Shown: positions 1 through 10,202 of the stretch, piece by piece
How the letters are laid out: the number at the start of each line of letters is the position of its first letter
Position numbering within the stretch: position 1 is the first letter of the stretch
Assembly: GCF_004010195.1 (NCBI RefSeq)
Contig: NC_057755.1
Span: forward strand, 6,727,925-6,791,924
Source: Chiloscyllium plagiosum
Taxonomy: Eukaryota
Direction: 5' to 3'
Length of the DNA: 64,000 nucleotides
Notes under the pieces: generated by a model
The model's input: only the letters and a program-made list of their open reading frames with translations
Database searches by the model: none
Told to the model about the DNA's origin: nothing
Translations under genes and position numbers: made by a program

Positions 1-199
1 GATCATTCACAATTTCATGTGGGCTTCTTGGTAATTATCTTATAAGCATACAAACGTCTGTTATTCAGTTTCCAGTATTGTCATGTCCAGCAGTTCATCC
101 AAAGAGAAAGTGACAATTAAGTTTGCAAAACAAGGCAGATAAACGTTCCGCTTTTCATCAAACGAGTATGAAATCCTTATATCTGGATAGGCTCCTTCT

Positions 200-365
200 T
201 GCACGCACACAGTCCGTCTCTTGCATACACACACTCTTGGGCACACATGCACATTCCTTTGCTCAAAGACGCATACGCTCTCTCTATCGTGCACATATGC
301 ACTCTCTCTCATGCATGTACTCTCTCTCGCGCTCACACACACTCCCTTGCACGCACTCACTCTCA
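200..365. repeat. Degenerate (CA)n/(CT)n simple repeat
   Basis: Runs of cacaca/ctctct; same tract at about 54935-55100. Confidence 0.8.
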
Positions 366-1521
366 TTGTGCAATAGACCAGTGCAATACAACGCACTCTT
401 TCTCTGCAGTCGACCAATACGATACAGCGTGCTCTGATTGTGCAGTACATCAGTTTGATACAGCATGCTCTGACTGTGCAGGAGACCAATGTTATACAGC
501 ATGCTCTGTTTCTGCAATAGACGAGTATTATACAACTTGCTCTGTTTGTTCAGTAGACAAGTACAGTTCTGCGTGTTCTGACTGTGCAGTAGCCAAGTTC
601 ACTAAGCGTGCTTTGATTCTTTTCTGGATGAGTATAATACAGAATGCTCTGATTTGCAGTAGACTAGTATGATGCAGCGTGCTCTGTGCAACAGACCAGT
701 ACGATACAGCACGCCCTGTGCGATAGACCAGTACAACGCAGCACGCTCTATGCAGTCGACCAGTCGATGCAGAGTGCTCTGATTGTGCAGGAAACCGGTA
801 TGATACAGCGCGCTCTGATTGTTCAATAGTTCAGATCGATACAGAATGCTCTGATTGTTCAGTAGACCAGTATCGTACAGCTTGATCTTTGCAGTAGAAC
901 AGTATGATACCGCATGCTCTGATTGTCAAGTAGACCAATATGATACAGTGTGGTCTGATTGTGCAATTGCATAATGTACAGCACGTTCTGTACAGTAGAC
1001 CAGTACGATGGAGCGCACTTTGTGCAGGAGATTAGTATGATACACCATGCTCTGGTTGCACAGTAGGCTAATAAGAGAAAATGTCCTGTTATTGTGCAGG
1101 AGACCAATGCACTACAGGATGCTTTGTGCATCAGACTGGTAACATACAGCACAGTAGATCAGTACGATACATTGTGCTCTGTTTGTGCAGTAGACCAGTA
1201 GGAGACACGTCCTCTGATTGTGCAGCAGACCAGCACGATACAGCATGCTCTGTGGAATAGACCAGTGCGATGCACCATACTCTGTACATTAGATCAATAC
1301 GATATAACGTGTTCTGATCATGCAGTAGACCAATAGGATGCAGCGTGCTCTAATAGTGCAGTCACTTATTATGATACAGTGCACTCTTATTGTGCAGTAG
1401 ACCAGTACAATGCAGCGTGCTCTGATTGCTCAGTAGACCAGTACAATACAGCATACTCTGTGCATCAGACCAGTACGATACAACATGATCTGAATGTTCA
1501 TTGGACCAGTACAATACAGAG
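366..1521. repeat. 32-36 bp minisatellite (consensus gattgtgcagtagaccagtacgatacagcgtgctct), left part
   Basis: Tandem degenerate units visible directly; 32-bp variants lack gatt. Confidence 0.92.
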
Positions 1522-1617
1522 GAGAAAGTGAGGTCTGCAGATGCTGGAGATCGAAGTTGAAACTTTATTGCTGGAACAGCACAGCAGGTCAGGCAGCATC
1601 CAGGGAACAGGAGATTC

Positions 1618-1645
1618 GACGTTTCGGGCACAGGCCCTTCTTCAG
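1618..1645 (-). ncRNA. Minimal hammerhead ribozyme motif (PLE type), minus-strand copy
   Basis: Reverse complement reads CTGAAGA-A-GGGC-CTGT-GCCC-GAAA-CG-TC. Confidence 0.65.
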
Positions 1646-1652
1646 GCCTTTC

Positions 1653-1680
1653 CTGAAGAAGGGCCTGTGCCCGAAACGTC
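1653..1680 (+). ncRNA. Minimal hammerhead ribozyme motif (PLE type), plus-strand copy
   Basis: CTGAAGA-A-GGGC-CTGT-GCCC-GAAA-CG-TC: catalytic core, 4-bp stem II and palindromic ACGT in place of stem III. Confidence 0.7.
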
Positions 1681-1748
1681 GAATCTCCTGTGCCCTGGAT
1701 GCTGCCTGACCCGCTGTGCTGTTCCAGCAATAAAGTTTCAACTTTGAT

Positions 1749-1985
1749 ACATGAATAGGCAAGGAATAGAGGGATACGGACAGCGCAGAGGCAAAAGGTT
1801 TTTAGTTTACAAAGGTGTCATGCATCAGCACAGGCTATGTGGGCCAAAGGGCCTGTTTCTGTGGTGTGCTTTGAATTATCAGGTATAAGATGGAATGTAG
1901 GTTTGAGGTTAAAATCAGACCAGCCATGATTTGATTGAACAGGGGATCAGACTGGAATGGCAGAGTGACTCCACGGTTCCTTGTT
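1749..1985 (+). mobile_element. Old CR1 3' UTR fragments
   Basis: gagggatacgg...gggccaaagggcctgtttctgt resembles the CR1 3' ends at 38330-38460 and 39660-39795. Confidence 0.55.
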
Positions 1986-2114
1986 TGTCTGTTTATAAAG
2001 AATGACAGCCCATTTATATTGATCAGTAAGAGAATACTGACAGGATTTAACTGGTTAATAATCACACAAAATATAATGGGTGAGGTTAGAAAAAAAAATT
2101 GACACAAGGGATTG

Positions 2115-2327
2115 TTTAGAATTCCTACAGTGTGGAAGAAGGCCATTCAACCCATCAAGTCAACACTGACCCTCTGAAGAGCATCCCACACCATCCCTAT
2201 AACCCTGCATTTTCCACGGCCAATCCACCGAGCCTGCACATCTTTAGACTGTGAGGGGAAACCCATGTAGACACAGGGAGAACACGGAAACTCCACGCAG
2301 TCACCCGAGAGTGGGATTGAACTCGGG
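2115..2327 (-). mobile_element. HE1-like tRNA-derived SINE, 5'-truncated at the B box
   Basis: Homologous to the SINE at 29687-29949; ends in gggattgaactcggg (B-box complement). Confidence 0.75.
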
Positions 2328-2720
2328 TGTTACGACATGGTTAATTTAAAACCAGCAACACAAAAAACATTTATCCTGTGCAGTAATCTGTAAACATCGA
2401 GTGGCCAAGAACTATTTAAAGTAAAAATTAACAACTTTATTTCATAAAGTATAACAGAATAATTAACTAACCATTATTTACAACTCCTTCCTCTAACCTA
2501 CCTTCGACCTTCCCTTCTATAATACTAGTCCGATAAAAGTCCCAATTAAAATTTACAAAAACAACACTTCTTATCTCAAAACCAGGCAGCTGTAGATTCT
2601 TGTCTTCGGATCTTTCTGTGTCTTCCTTTCTCCTCGTTAGGAATTTCTGTGTTGCAGGTTACTGACTGAAAAGGGACTTTTAAGAGAGATATTGTTTCAA
2701 GCAGTCTGTTACATGCTAGG
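2328..2720. mobile_element. Probable LTR fragment
   Basis: Starts with TGTTACG exactly where the SINE is cut, with composition like the LTR at 21446-22077. The other end is not seen. Confidence 0.4.
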
Positions 2721-3184
2721 ACCATAAGACCATATGACCATAAGACATAGGAGTGGAAGTAAGGCCATTCAGCCCATCGAGTCCATTCCACCATTCAATC
2801 ATGGTTGATGGGCATTTCAACTCCACTTACCCGCGTTCTCCCCGTAGCCCTTAATTCCTTGTGACATCAAGAATGTATCAATCTCTGCCTTGAAGACACT
2901 TAGCGTCCCGGCCTCTACTGCACTCCGCGGCAATGAATTCCACAGGCCCACCACTCTCTGGCTGAAGAAATGTCTCCGCAATTCTGTTCTGAATTTACCC
3001 CCTCTAATTCTAAGGCTGTGTCCACGGGTCCTAGTCTCCTCGCCTAACGGAAACAATTTCCTAGCGTCCACCCTTTCCAAGACATGTATTATCTTGTAAG
3101 TTTCTAATAGATCTCCCCTTAATCTTCTAAACTCCAATGAATACAATCCCAGGATCCTCAGCCGTTCCTCGTATGTTAGACCTA
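2721..3184 (-). mobile_element. Young CR1 LINE 3' end
   Basis: Uninterrupted ORF2 C-terminus (LEFRRLRGDLLETYKI...RRHFFSQRVVGLWNSLP) and a (ccataaga)n tail. Confidence 0.92.
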
Positions 3185-3238
3185 NNNNNNNNNNNNNNNN
3201 NNNNNNNNNNNNNNNNNNNNNNNNNNNNNNNNNNNNNN
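3185..3238. other. Assembly gap (54 N)
   Basis: Run of N. Confidence 1.
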
Positions 3239-3435
3239 CCCTGAGGTGATGAGGTTATGGATGGTCTGGGAGATGATGGTTTGGTGGTGGGGGGTGGGGT
3301 CATGGTCAAGGGGACGGTAGGAGGAGGTATCTGCGAGCTGGCGTTTGGCCTCAGTGGTGTAAATGTCAGTGCGCCAAACTACTACTGCGCCTCCCTTGTC
3401 AGCTGGTTTGATGGTGAGGTTTGATGGTGAGGTCT

Positions 3436-4265
3436 GTACAATACAGAGCACTCTGTGCAACAGACCAGTTCGATACAGTGTTCTCTGATTGTGCAGCAGA
3501 CCAGCATGATACAGCATGCTCTGTTCAGTAGACCAGTACAATACAGTGTGCTCTGAATATGCAGTAGACCAGTGTGATACGGTGTGCTCCAGCAATGTAG
3601 TAGACCAGTACGATACAGTATCCTCTAATTGTGTGGGAGACCAATAAGATACAGTGCGTTCTGATTGTCCAGTAGAACATTTTGATCTTGTGTGCTCTGA
3701 TTAGGAAGCAGACCAGAATGACACAGCGTGCTGTGATTGTGCACTTGGACCAGTACGATATAGTGTGCTCTGATTCTGCAGTACACCAGTGCAACAGAAC
3801 GTTCTCTGATTATTCAAAAGATGACTACAATATAGCGTTTCTGTACAGTAGAACAGTACTGCATGTTCAGATTGTGCAGCAGAACAGTGCAATTCAGCGT
3901 TTTCTATGCAGTAGACCAGGAAGATACAGCGGAATCTGATTGTGCAGTAGACCAGTGTCATACAACATACTCTGTGTTGTAGACCCGTACTATTTTCTTG
4001 TACAGTACGGTGGTCCTGTACAATATCTGAATGTGCAGTGGGCCAGTCAGTTACGGTCTGCTCTGACTGCGCAGCAGACCAGTATGACAAAATGCGCTCT
4101 GATTGTGCAGTAGACCAGCAAGATAAAGCGTGCTCTGTGAGCAGGCCTGTATGATACAGCGTGCTGTGATTATGCAGAAGACCAGTGCATTACAGTCTGC
4201 TCTGACTGTGCAAGAGACCAGGACGATACAGCGTGCTCTGAATGTGTAGTAGAGGAGTACAATAC
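3436..4265. repeat. 32-36 bp minisatellite, right part
   Basis: Same unit as 366-1521; the array is continuous in the paralog. Confidence 0.92.
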
Positions 4266-4778
4266 ATCTTACTCCACCTAGTTTAGTCTGCACTGACTAT
4301 CTGTCAGGTGACATCGCCAGTGCAGCCCAAGTGCCCCACCCCCAGTTGGCACACTTGGCTGGACCCTTTCTGACACACAGTGTGTGAGGGGATAGACCAC
4401 TCCAGGAGGTTGGTAGCTGGTTGTGGACTGACAACCGCCAAGGCAGCGGCCACACCCTCACATCCCCCAACGCCTTCCCCTCCACAGACCACACGTACGT
4501 GAATGGAAGGCAATTGAGCACCTTCCAGCTGTTCAGTTCTGCTACATCGCCTCGTCATTGCCATATGCAGTCAATGGTGCCCAGACCCAGCTTCACATGC
4601 CCTGCGCTCATCGTCCATCATCCAGTCCCCAGCACCCAGTGGTCCACTGTACAACATCCAGTGCCGAGCTCACACCGCCCAACACCCAGCTGCCAGCAAC
4701 CAGCGGAAGACTCAGATCTGTACTTGAAAGGTGCTAACTCGGGGGCTGAGGATATGGCCCAAATCCCCAGATATCGAG

Positions 4779-7700
4779 ATAGAACATAGAACATATAAAC
4801 GCACAGCACTGAACAGGCCCCTTGGCCCAAGATGTTGTGCTGAGGTTAAATCCTAATATAAAATAAAATATCGCAACCTATGCATCCCGCAACTCACTGC
4901 TATCCATGTGCATGTCCAGCAGTTGCTTAAATGTCCCTAATGATCTGGTTCCACCGCCACCGCTGGAAATGCATTCCCTGCATTCAAAGCTCTCTCTGTA
5001 AAGCACCTACCTCTGACATCTCCTCTATACCTTTCTCTTAATATCTTAAAACGATGACCACTCGTACCAGTCAATCCTGCCCTTTGGAAAACTTTCTGGC
5101 TACTAAATTAATCTATTCCTATCATTATCTTGTATTCCTCGATCAGGTCTCCTCTCTTCCTCCTTCTCTCCAGAGAGAAAAATCGGAGCTTTCCCATAAG
5201 GCAAGCCCTCCAGTCCAGGGAGCCTCTTGGTAAACCTTCTTTGCACCCTCTCCAAAGCTTCTGTATCTTTCCCATAGTAGGGCGACCAGAACTGGACACA
5301 ATGTTCCATGTGTGGTCTCACCCTGGACTTGTAGAGCTGTAGCAAAACCTCGCAGCGATTAAACTCTATCCCCCTATTAATGAAAGCCAAAATAGCATAT
5401 GCTTTCTTAACAACCCTATCCATTTGTGTGGCAACTTTGAGGGATCTATGCACTTGAACACCAAGATCACTCTGTTCCTCTACAATGCCAAGAATCCTAT
5501 ATTTAATCCTATATTCAGCATTCGAGTTAGACCATCATAAATGCATCATTTCACATTTATCCAGGTTGAACTCCATCTGCCAATTCTCAGTACAGCCCTA
5601 CATCCTGTCTATGTCGTACAGCAGTCTGCAATAGCCCTCTATACTATTAACGGCACCTCCAATCTTTGTGTCATCTTCAAATTTACTAACCTTACCCTCA
5701 AACTCCTCATCCAAGTCATTTATAAAAACTACAAAGAGCAGAGGCCCAAGAACACAGCCGTACGGGACACCACTCGTCACTGACCTCCAGGCGGAAGGTT
5801 TTCTGTCAGCCAACCAATTCTGAATCCAGATAGCCAACTCTCCCTGTATCCCATACTTCCTGACTTTATGAATGAGCCTACCATGGGGAACCTTGTCAAA
5901 TGCCTTGCTAAAATCCAGATACACCACATCAACTGCTCTACCTTCATCGACCTATCTTGTCAGGCATCTCAGATAACTCAATATGGATGCTGAGGCATAA
6001 TGTGGTCCTCATAAAGCCATGCTGCCTACCTTTAATTACACCATGCTTTGCCAAATAGTCATCAATCGTATCCATCAGACGTCTTTCCAAAAATTTGCTG
6101 ACCACAGACTTAACACTGACTGGTCTGAAATTGCCCAGGAGTACCCTGTTTTCCTTCTTGAAAAAGCAACACCATTTCCCTCATTTCAATCCTCCAGTAC
6201 GAATCCCGTTCAGAGTGACGAGGCAAAGATCTTCGGCAGCTGCTTAGCAAACTCCTTTCGCGCTTCTGGGAGCAGCCTACGATAAATCTGGTCTGGCCCT
6301 GGGGACGTGTCAATCTTAATGTTTGCCAAAATTTACACCACATCAACTTCACTAATCTTGACTTGGTTCAGCCTATAGCCCAGCTCCTCAAAGTTTTCAT
6401 TCACAACAAAATCCCTTTCCTTCGTGAAAACTAAAGCAATACATCTCATTTAGCGCTTCCCCTATCTGCTCAGACTTCATGCACATGTTCCCTCCATTAT
6501 CCCTGATCAGCCCTACCTTCTCCCTAGTCATTTTCTCATTCCTCACGTATGAAATAATGGCCTTTGAATTCTCCATAATCGTTCTTGCAAACCGCTTACG
6601 TGCCACCTCCTGGCTCTGCTCAGTCAATTTCTGAGCTCCATTCGAGCAAGCCTGCAATCCTTGCTTCCACCATCTTCTTCCTTCCAGAAACTGCCTTCTT
6701 CCTTCCAGAAACTCCTCTGTTCTCGTCATCCAAGGCTCCTTAGTCTTACCCCTTCTTACCTGTCTCAGAGGAACAAATTCGTGCATCACTCGCAACAACT
6801 GCTCCTTAAATTGTCTCCATATATCTACTGTGGCCTTTCTGTGGAACAATTGCTCCCCGTCTATGCTCCCAACTCCTGTCTGAGAGCGTCATAATTTCCT
6901 TTTCCCCAATTAGATATCTTCCCTCGATAACTGCTCCTTTCCCTCTCCAAGGCTATGGTAAATGTAAGGCAGTTGCAATCGCTGTCACCAAAGTCTTTTC
7001 CCACCACGAGATCTGACACCTGTCCTGATTCATTACCCAGCACCAAATCCAATATGACTTCTCCCCTCGTCGACCTGTCCACATACTGAGTAAGGAAATC
7101 CTCTTGAACATACCAGCCAAAAACGTCCCCATCCAATCCATCTGCACTTTGAAGTTTCCAGTCGATATTCGGAAAGTTGAAACCACCCATTGCAACAATC
7201 CTACCACATCTGCATTTTTCCAGGATCTGCCCACTTATGAGTTATTCAATCGTTTTACTACTATTAGGTGGTCTGTAGAGAACCTCCAATGAGGTGGGTG
7301 TTCCCTTGGTGTTCCTAACTTCCACCCACACTGACTCAGTCGACAAACGTTTCTCGACAACCATCATTTCTGTAGCTGTGATTCACTCTCTGATTAACAC
7401 TGCTACACCTCTCCTCTTTTTCCACCCTCCCTGTTCTTTTTAAATGTTCTAAACACTGGAATATCAAACAATCATTCCTGCCCCTGTGAAACTTACGTAT
7501 ATGTTATTGCCTAAACATCGCAGTCCCAAGTACTGTTCCATGCTCTAAGTTCGTCACTCTTGTTTCTGACATTCCTTGCGTTAAAGCAGACATACTTTAA
7601 CTGATCCCTTTGTTTCATTTCGAGAGAAACCTTCCAGATAGATTCACTACATCCTGTCTCTGCCACATCAGCGACTGTCCCCCTCTCAGATATGTGGCAC

Positions 7701-7935
7701 TGATTCCCACCCCCCTACCAAACAAGTTTGAAACCTCCAGAATCACACGAGCAAATCTCCCACCCAGGACGTTTGTGCCCCTCCAGTTCAGGTGCAACCC
7801 GTCCTTCATGTACAGGTACCAACCTCCCCAAAAGTTATCCCAATGGTCTAGGTATCTGAAGCCCTCCGTCCTTCACGAGCCTCGCAGCCACGTGTTAGCT
7901 GTATTAACTGACTGTTCCTCGCCTCACTATCGCGT
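4779..7935 (-). mobile_element. Degenerate CR1 LINE (ORF1 esterase end, APE endonuclease, RT, 3' UTR)
   Basis: Motifs KDGLHLNWRGTNVLG, GGFNFPNIDW, ILDLVL..GDSD, YLDFSKAFDKVPH, SGVPYGCVLGPLLF, RPHMEHCVQFWSPY and a (tagaaca)n tail; many frameshifts. Confidence 0.93.
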
Positions 7936-8059
7936 GGCACCGGTAGCAAACAGGGGTTCAGAAGTGAAGAAGTATTTTAGTGTCCGAGGTTCAGTCATGA
8001 GGCAGTAACGTCGCAGCCAGTGCTGCGACATCGTCTGAGAACTGACAAGGTTTCCAAGC

Positions 8060-8750
8060 CCAATTCTCCCATTTAGTCGTGCCCTTCTCCATTTCTCCAA
8101 TCCAGTACTGTCCTGCCCCAATTGTCCCATTAAATGCTACACTGCAACAGTTCTTCCAATACCTTATGCGCTGTTCAAAATTCTCCTATTCAAACCTGGC
8201 CTGGCCGAATTCTTCCATGTGGTAGTTCCTTGCCATGGTTGGTTTTCCCATTTGTTGGTCCATTGCCAGAATATTTTAAATGTTAGCATGGACTGGTTCA
8301 ACAGGAAGGTGTTTCTATCCTGTACATCTCTGTGATTGCATGACTCTATTTAGGTCTGCACTGCTCTGCACCAATTCTCCCATTTACCAGTCTTGCACAA
8401 ATCCTGGAGCTGTACTATCTCTCCGTTCAGTATTATCCTGCCCCAGTTTTCCCACGTAGTGTTACCCTGCACTAATTCTCGCATCTAGTGACACCGGCAT
8501 GTATTCTCCAATTATTGATGCCCGTTTATCTTTTCTCTAATACACTTATTCCACGTATTGGTTCCATACTCAATTTTTTTTAATTTAGTCGTGCGCAGAC
8601 AGAATGCCCAATTTACTGATGCTTACAACATTTATCTTTTTTTTAATTCATGCCCCTTTTCATCCCATTTAGACCCTCTCTGCTCAAACTCTCTAATTTA
8701 TTGGCACTGCCACAAACTCTATAATGTAATGGCACTTTGCACCAAACTCG
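8060..8750. repeat. Degenerate 29-bp satellite
   Basis: Recurring ccaattctcccatttagt core. Confidence 0.75.
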
Positions 8751-8754
8751 CATT

Positions 8755-9880
8755 CTGGATTAGTGGTGCTGGAAGAGCACAGCAATTCAGGCAGCATCCG
8801 AGGAGCAGCAAAATCGACGTTTCGGGCAAAAGCCTTTCATCAGGAATAAAGGCAGAGAACCTGAAGCGTAGTGAGATAAGCTGGAGGAGGGTGGGGATGG
8901 GGAGAGAGTAGCATAGAGTACAATGGGGCAGTGAGGGAGGAGATGTAGGTGATAGGTCATGGAGGAGAGGGTGGAGTGGATAGGTGTAAAAGGAGCTGGG
9001 AAGGTCGGACAAGTCCGGACAAGACAAGGGGACAGTGTTGAGCTGGAGGTTTGAAACTAGGATGAGGTGGGGGAATGGGAAACGAGGAAACTGTTGAAGT
9101 TCACATTGATGCCCTGGGGTTGAAGTGTTCCGAGGCGGAATATGAGACGTTCTTCCTCCATGCGTCTGGTGGTGAGGGCGCGGTGGAAGAGGAGGCCCAG
9201 GACGTCCATATCCTCGGCAGAGTGTGAGGGGGAGTTGAAATGTTGAGCCACGGGGCGGTTTTGGTTGATTGGAGCGGGTGTCTCGGAGATGTTCCATAAA
9301 GCGCTCTGCGAGGAGGCGTCCAGTCTCCCCAATGTAGAGGAGACCGCATCGGGAGCAACGGATACAATAAATGATATTGGTGGATGTTCAGGTAAAACTT
9401 TGATGGATGTGGAAGGCTCCTTTAGGGCCTTGGATAGAGGTGAGGGAGCAGGTATGGGCACAGGTTTTACAGTTCCTGCGGTGACAGGGGAAAGTGCCAG
9501 GATGGGAGGGTGGGTCGTAGGGGGGCGTGGACAGACCAGGTAGGTACAGAGGGAACGGTCTTTGCGGAAGGTGGAAAGGAGTGGGGAGGGAAATATATCC
9601 CTGGTGGTGGGGTCTGTTTGGAGGTGGCGGAAATGTCGGCGGATGATTTGGTTTATGCGAAGGTTGGTGGGTTGGAAGTTGAGCACCAGGGTCGTCCTCT
9701 CTTTGTTACGGTTGGAGGGGTTGGGTCTGAGGGTGGAGGTGCGGGCTGTGGACGAGATGCATTGGAGGGCATTTTAACCACGAGGGAAGGGAAATTGTGG
9801 ACTCTAAAGAAGGAGTATGTGGGAAGGGAAATTGCGGTCTCTAAAGAAGGAGCACGTGGGAGGGGAAATTACGGTCTCTG
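8755..9880 (-). mobile_element. 5'-truncated Penelope-like element (GIY-YIG region and pLTR with hammerhead motif at 8816-8843)
   Basis: Translations include FMEHLRDTR, VAQHFNSPSH and EERLIFRLGTLQPQGINVNF; minus strand CTGATGAAAGGCTTTTGCCCGAAACGTC. Confidence 0.9.
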
Positions 9881-10200
9881 CCATTTAGTGGTGCCCTACT
9901 CTAATTCTCCCATGTAATGCCACAATTCTCTAATTGAGTTCCACTGTGCACCAGTTCTTCCATTTAGTATTTCCCTGCAACACTTCTCTCAGTTAGTTAT
10001 TCGCTGCTAGAATTCTCGAATATTGATGTGTCCTGCATCAAAACTCTAATCTGCACGGAGAGTGAAAATGCGTTATTTCTACACTGCACCAATTCTCACA
10101 TCTAATACTGCATGGCACCAATTCTGCTGAAGTTCTTCCATTTAATATAAGACTTCCATAATTCTCCCTTTTAGTACTACACTGCATCAATTTTCTTTGA
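9881..10200. repeat. Degenerate 29-bp satellite
   Basis: Same core; about 330 bp shorter than the paralogous tract at 61325-61975. Confidence 0.75.
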
Positions 10201-10202
10201 AC

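Larger units (their letters stand above)
1522..3435 (-). mobile_element. Penelope-like element insertion (composite, spans an N gap) with 13-bp TSD
   Basis: TSD gtacaatacagag at 1509-1521 and 3436-3448; empty site in the paralog at 56238-56250. PLE pLTR sequence at 1522-1748 and RT N-terminal motif IKPADKGGAVVVW on the minus strand at 3239-3430. Confidence 0.8.

Noticed and set aside
61..1152. Cys/Tyr-rich ORFs, repeated at 54795-57104
   Set aside because: Translations of microsatellite and minisatellite sequence, open in several frames on both strands.
366..4265. Regular 32-36 bp repeats resembling a CRISPR array
   Set aside because: Units are contiguous and degenerate, with no unique spacers and no cas genes; the context is eukaryotic.
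4266..4778. GC-richer 0.5 kb block with overlapping short ORFs (paralog 57076-57590)
   Set aside because: No recognisable motif or splice structure; possibly a DNA-transposon remnant but not supportable from sequence alone.
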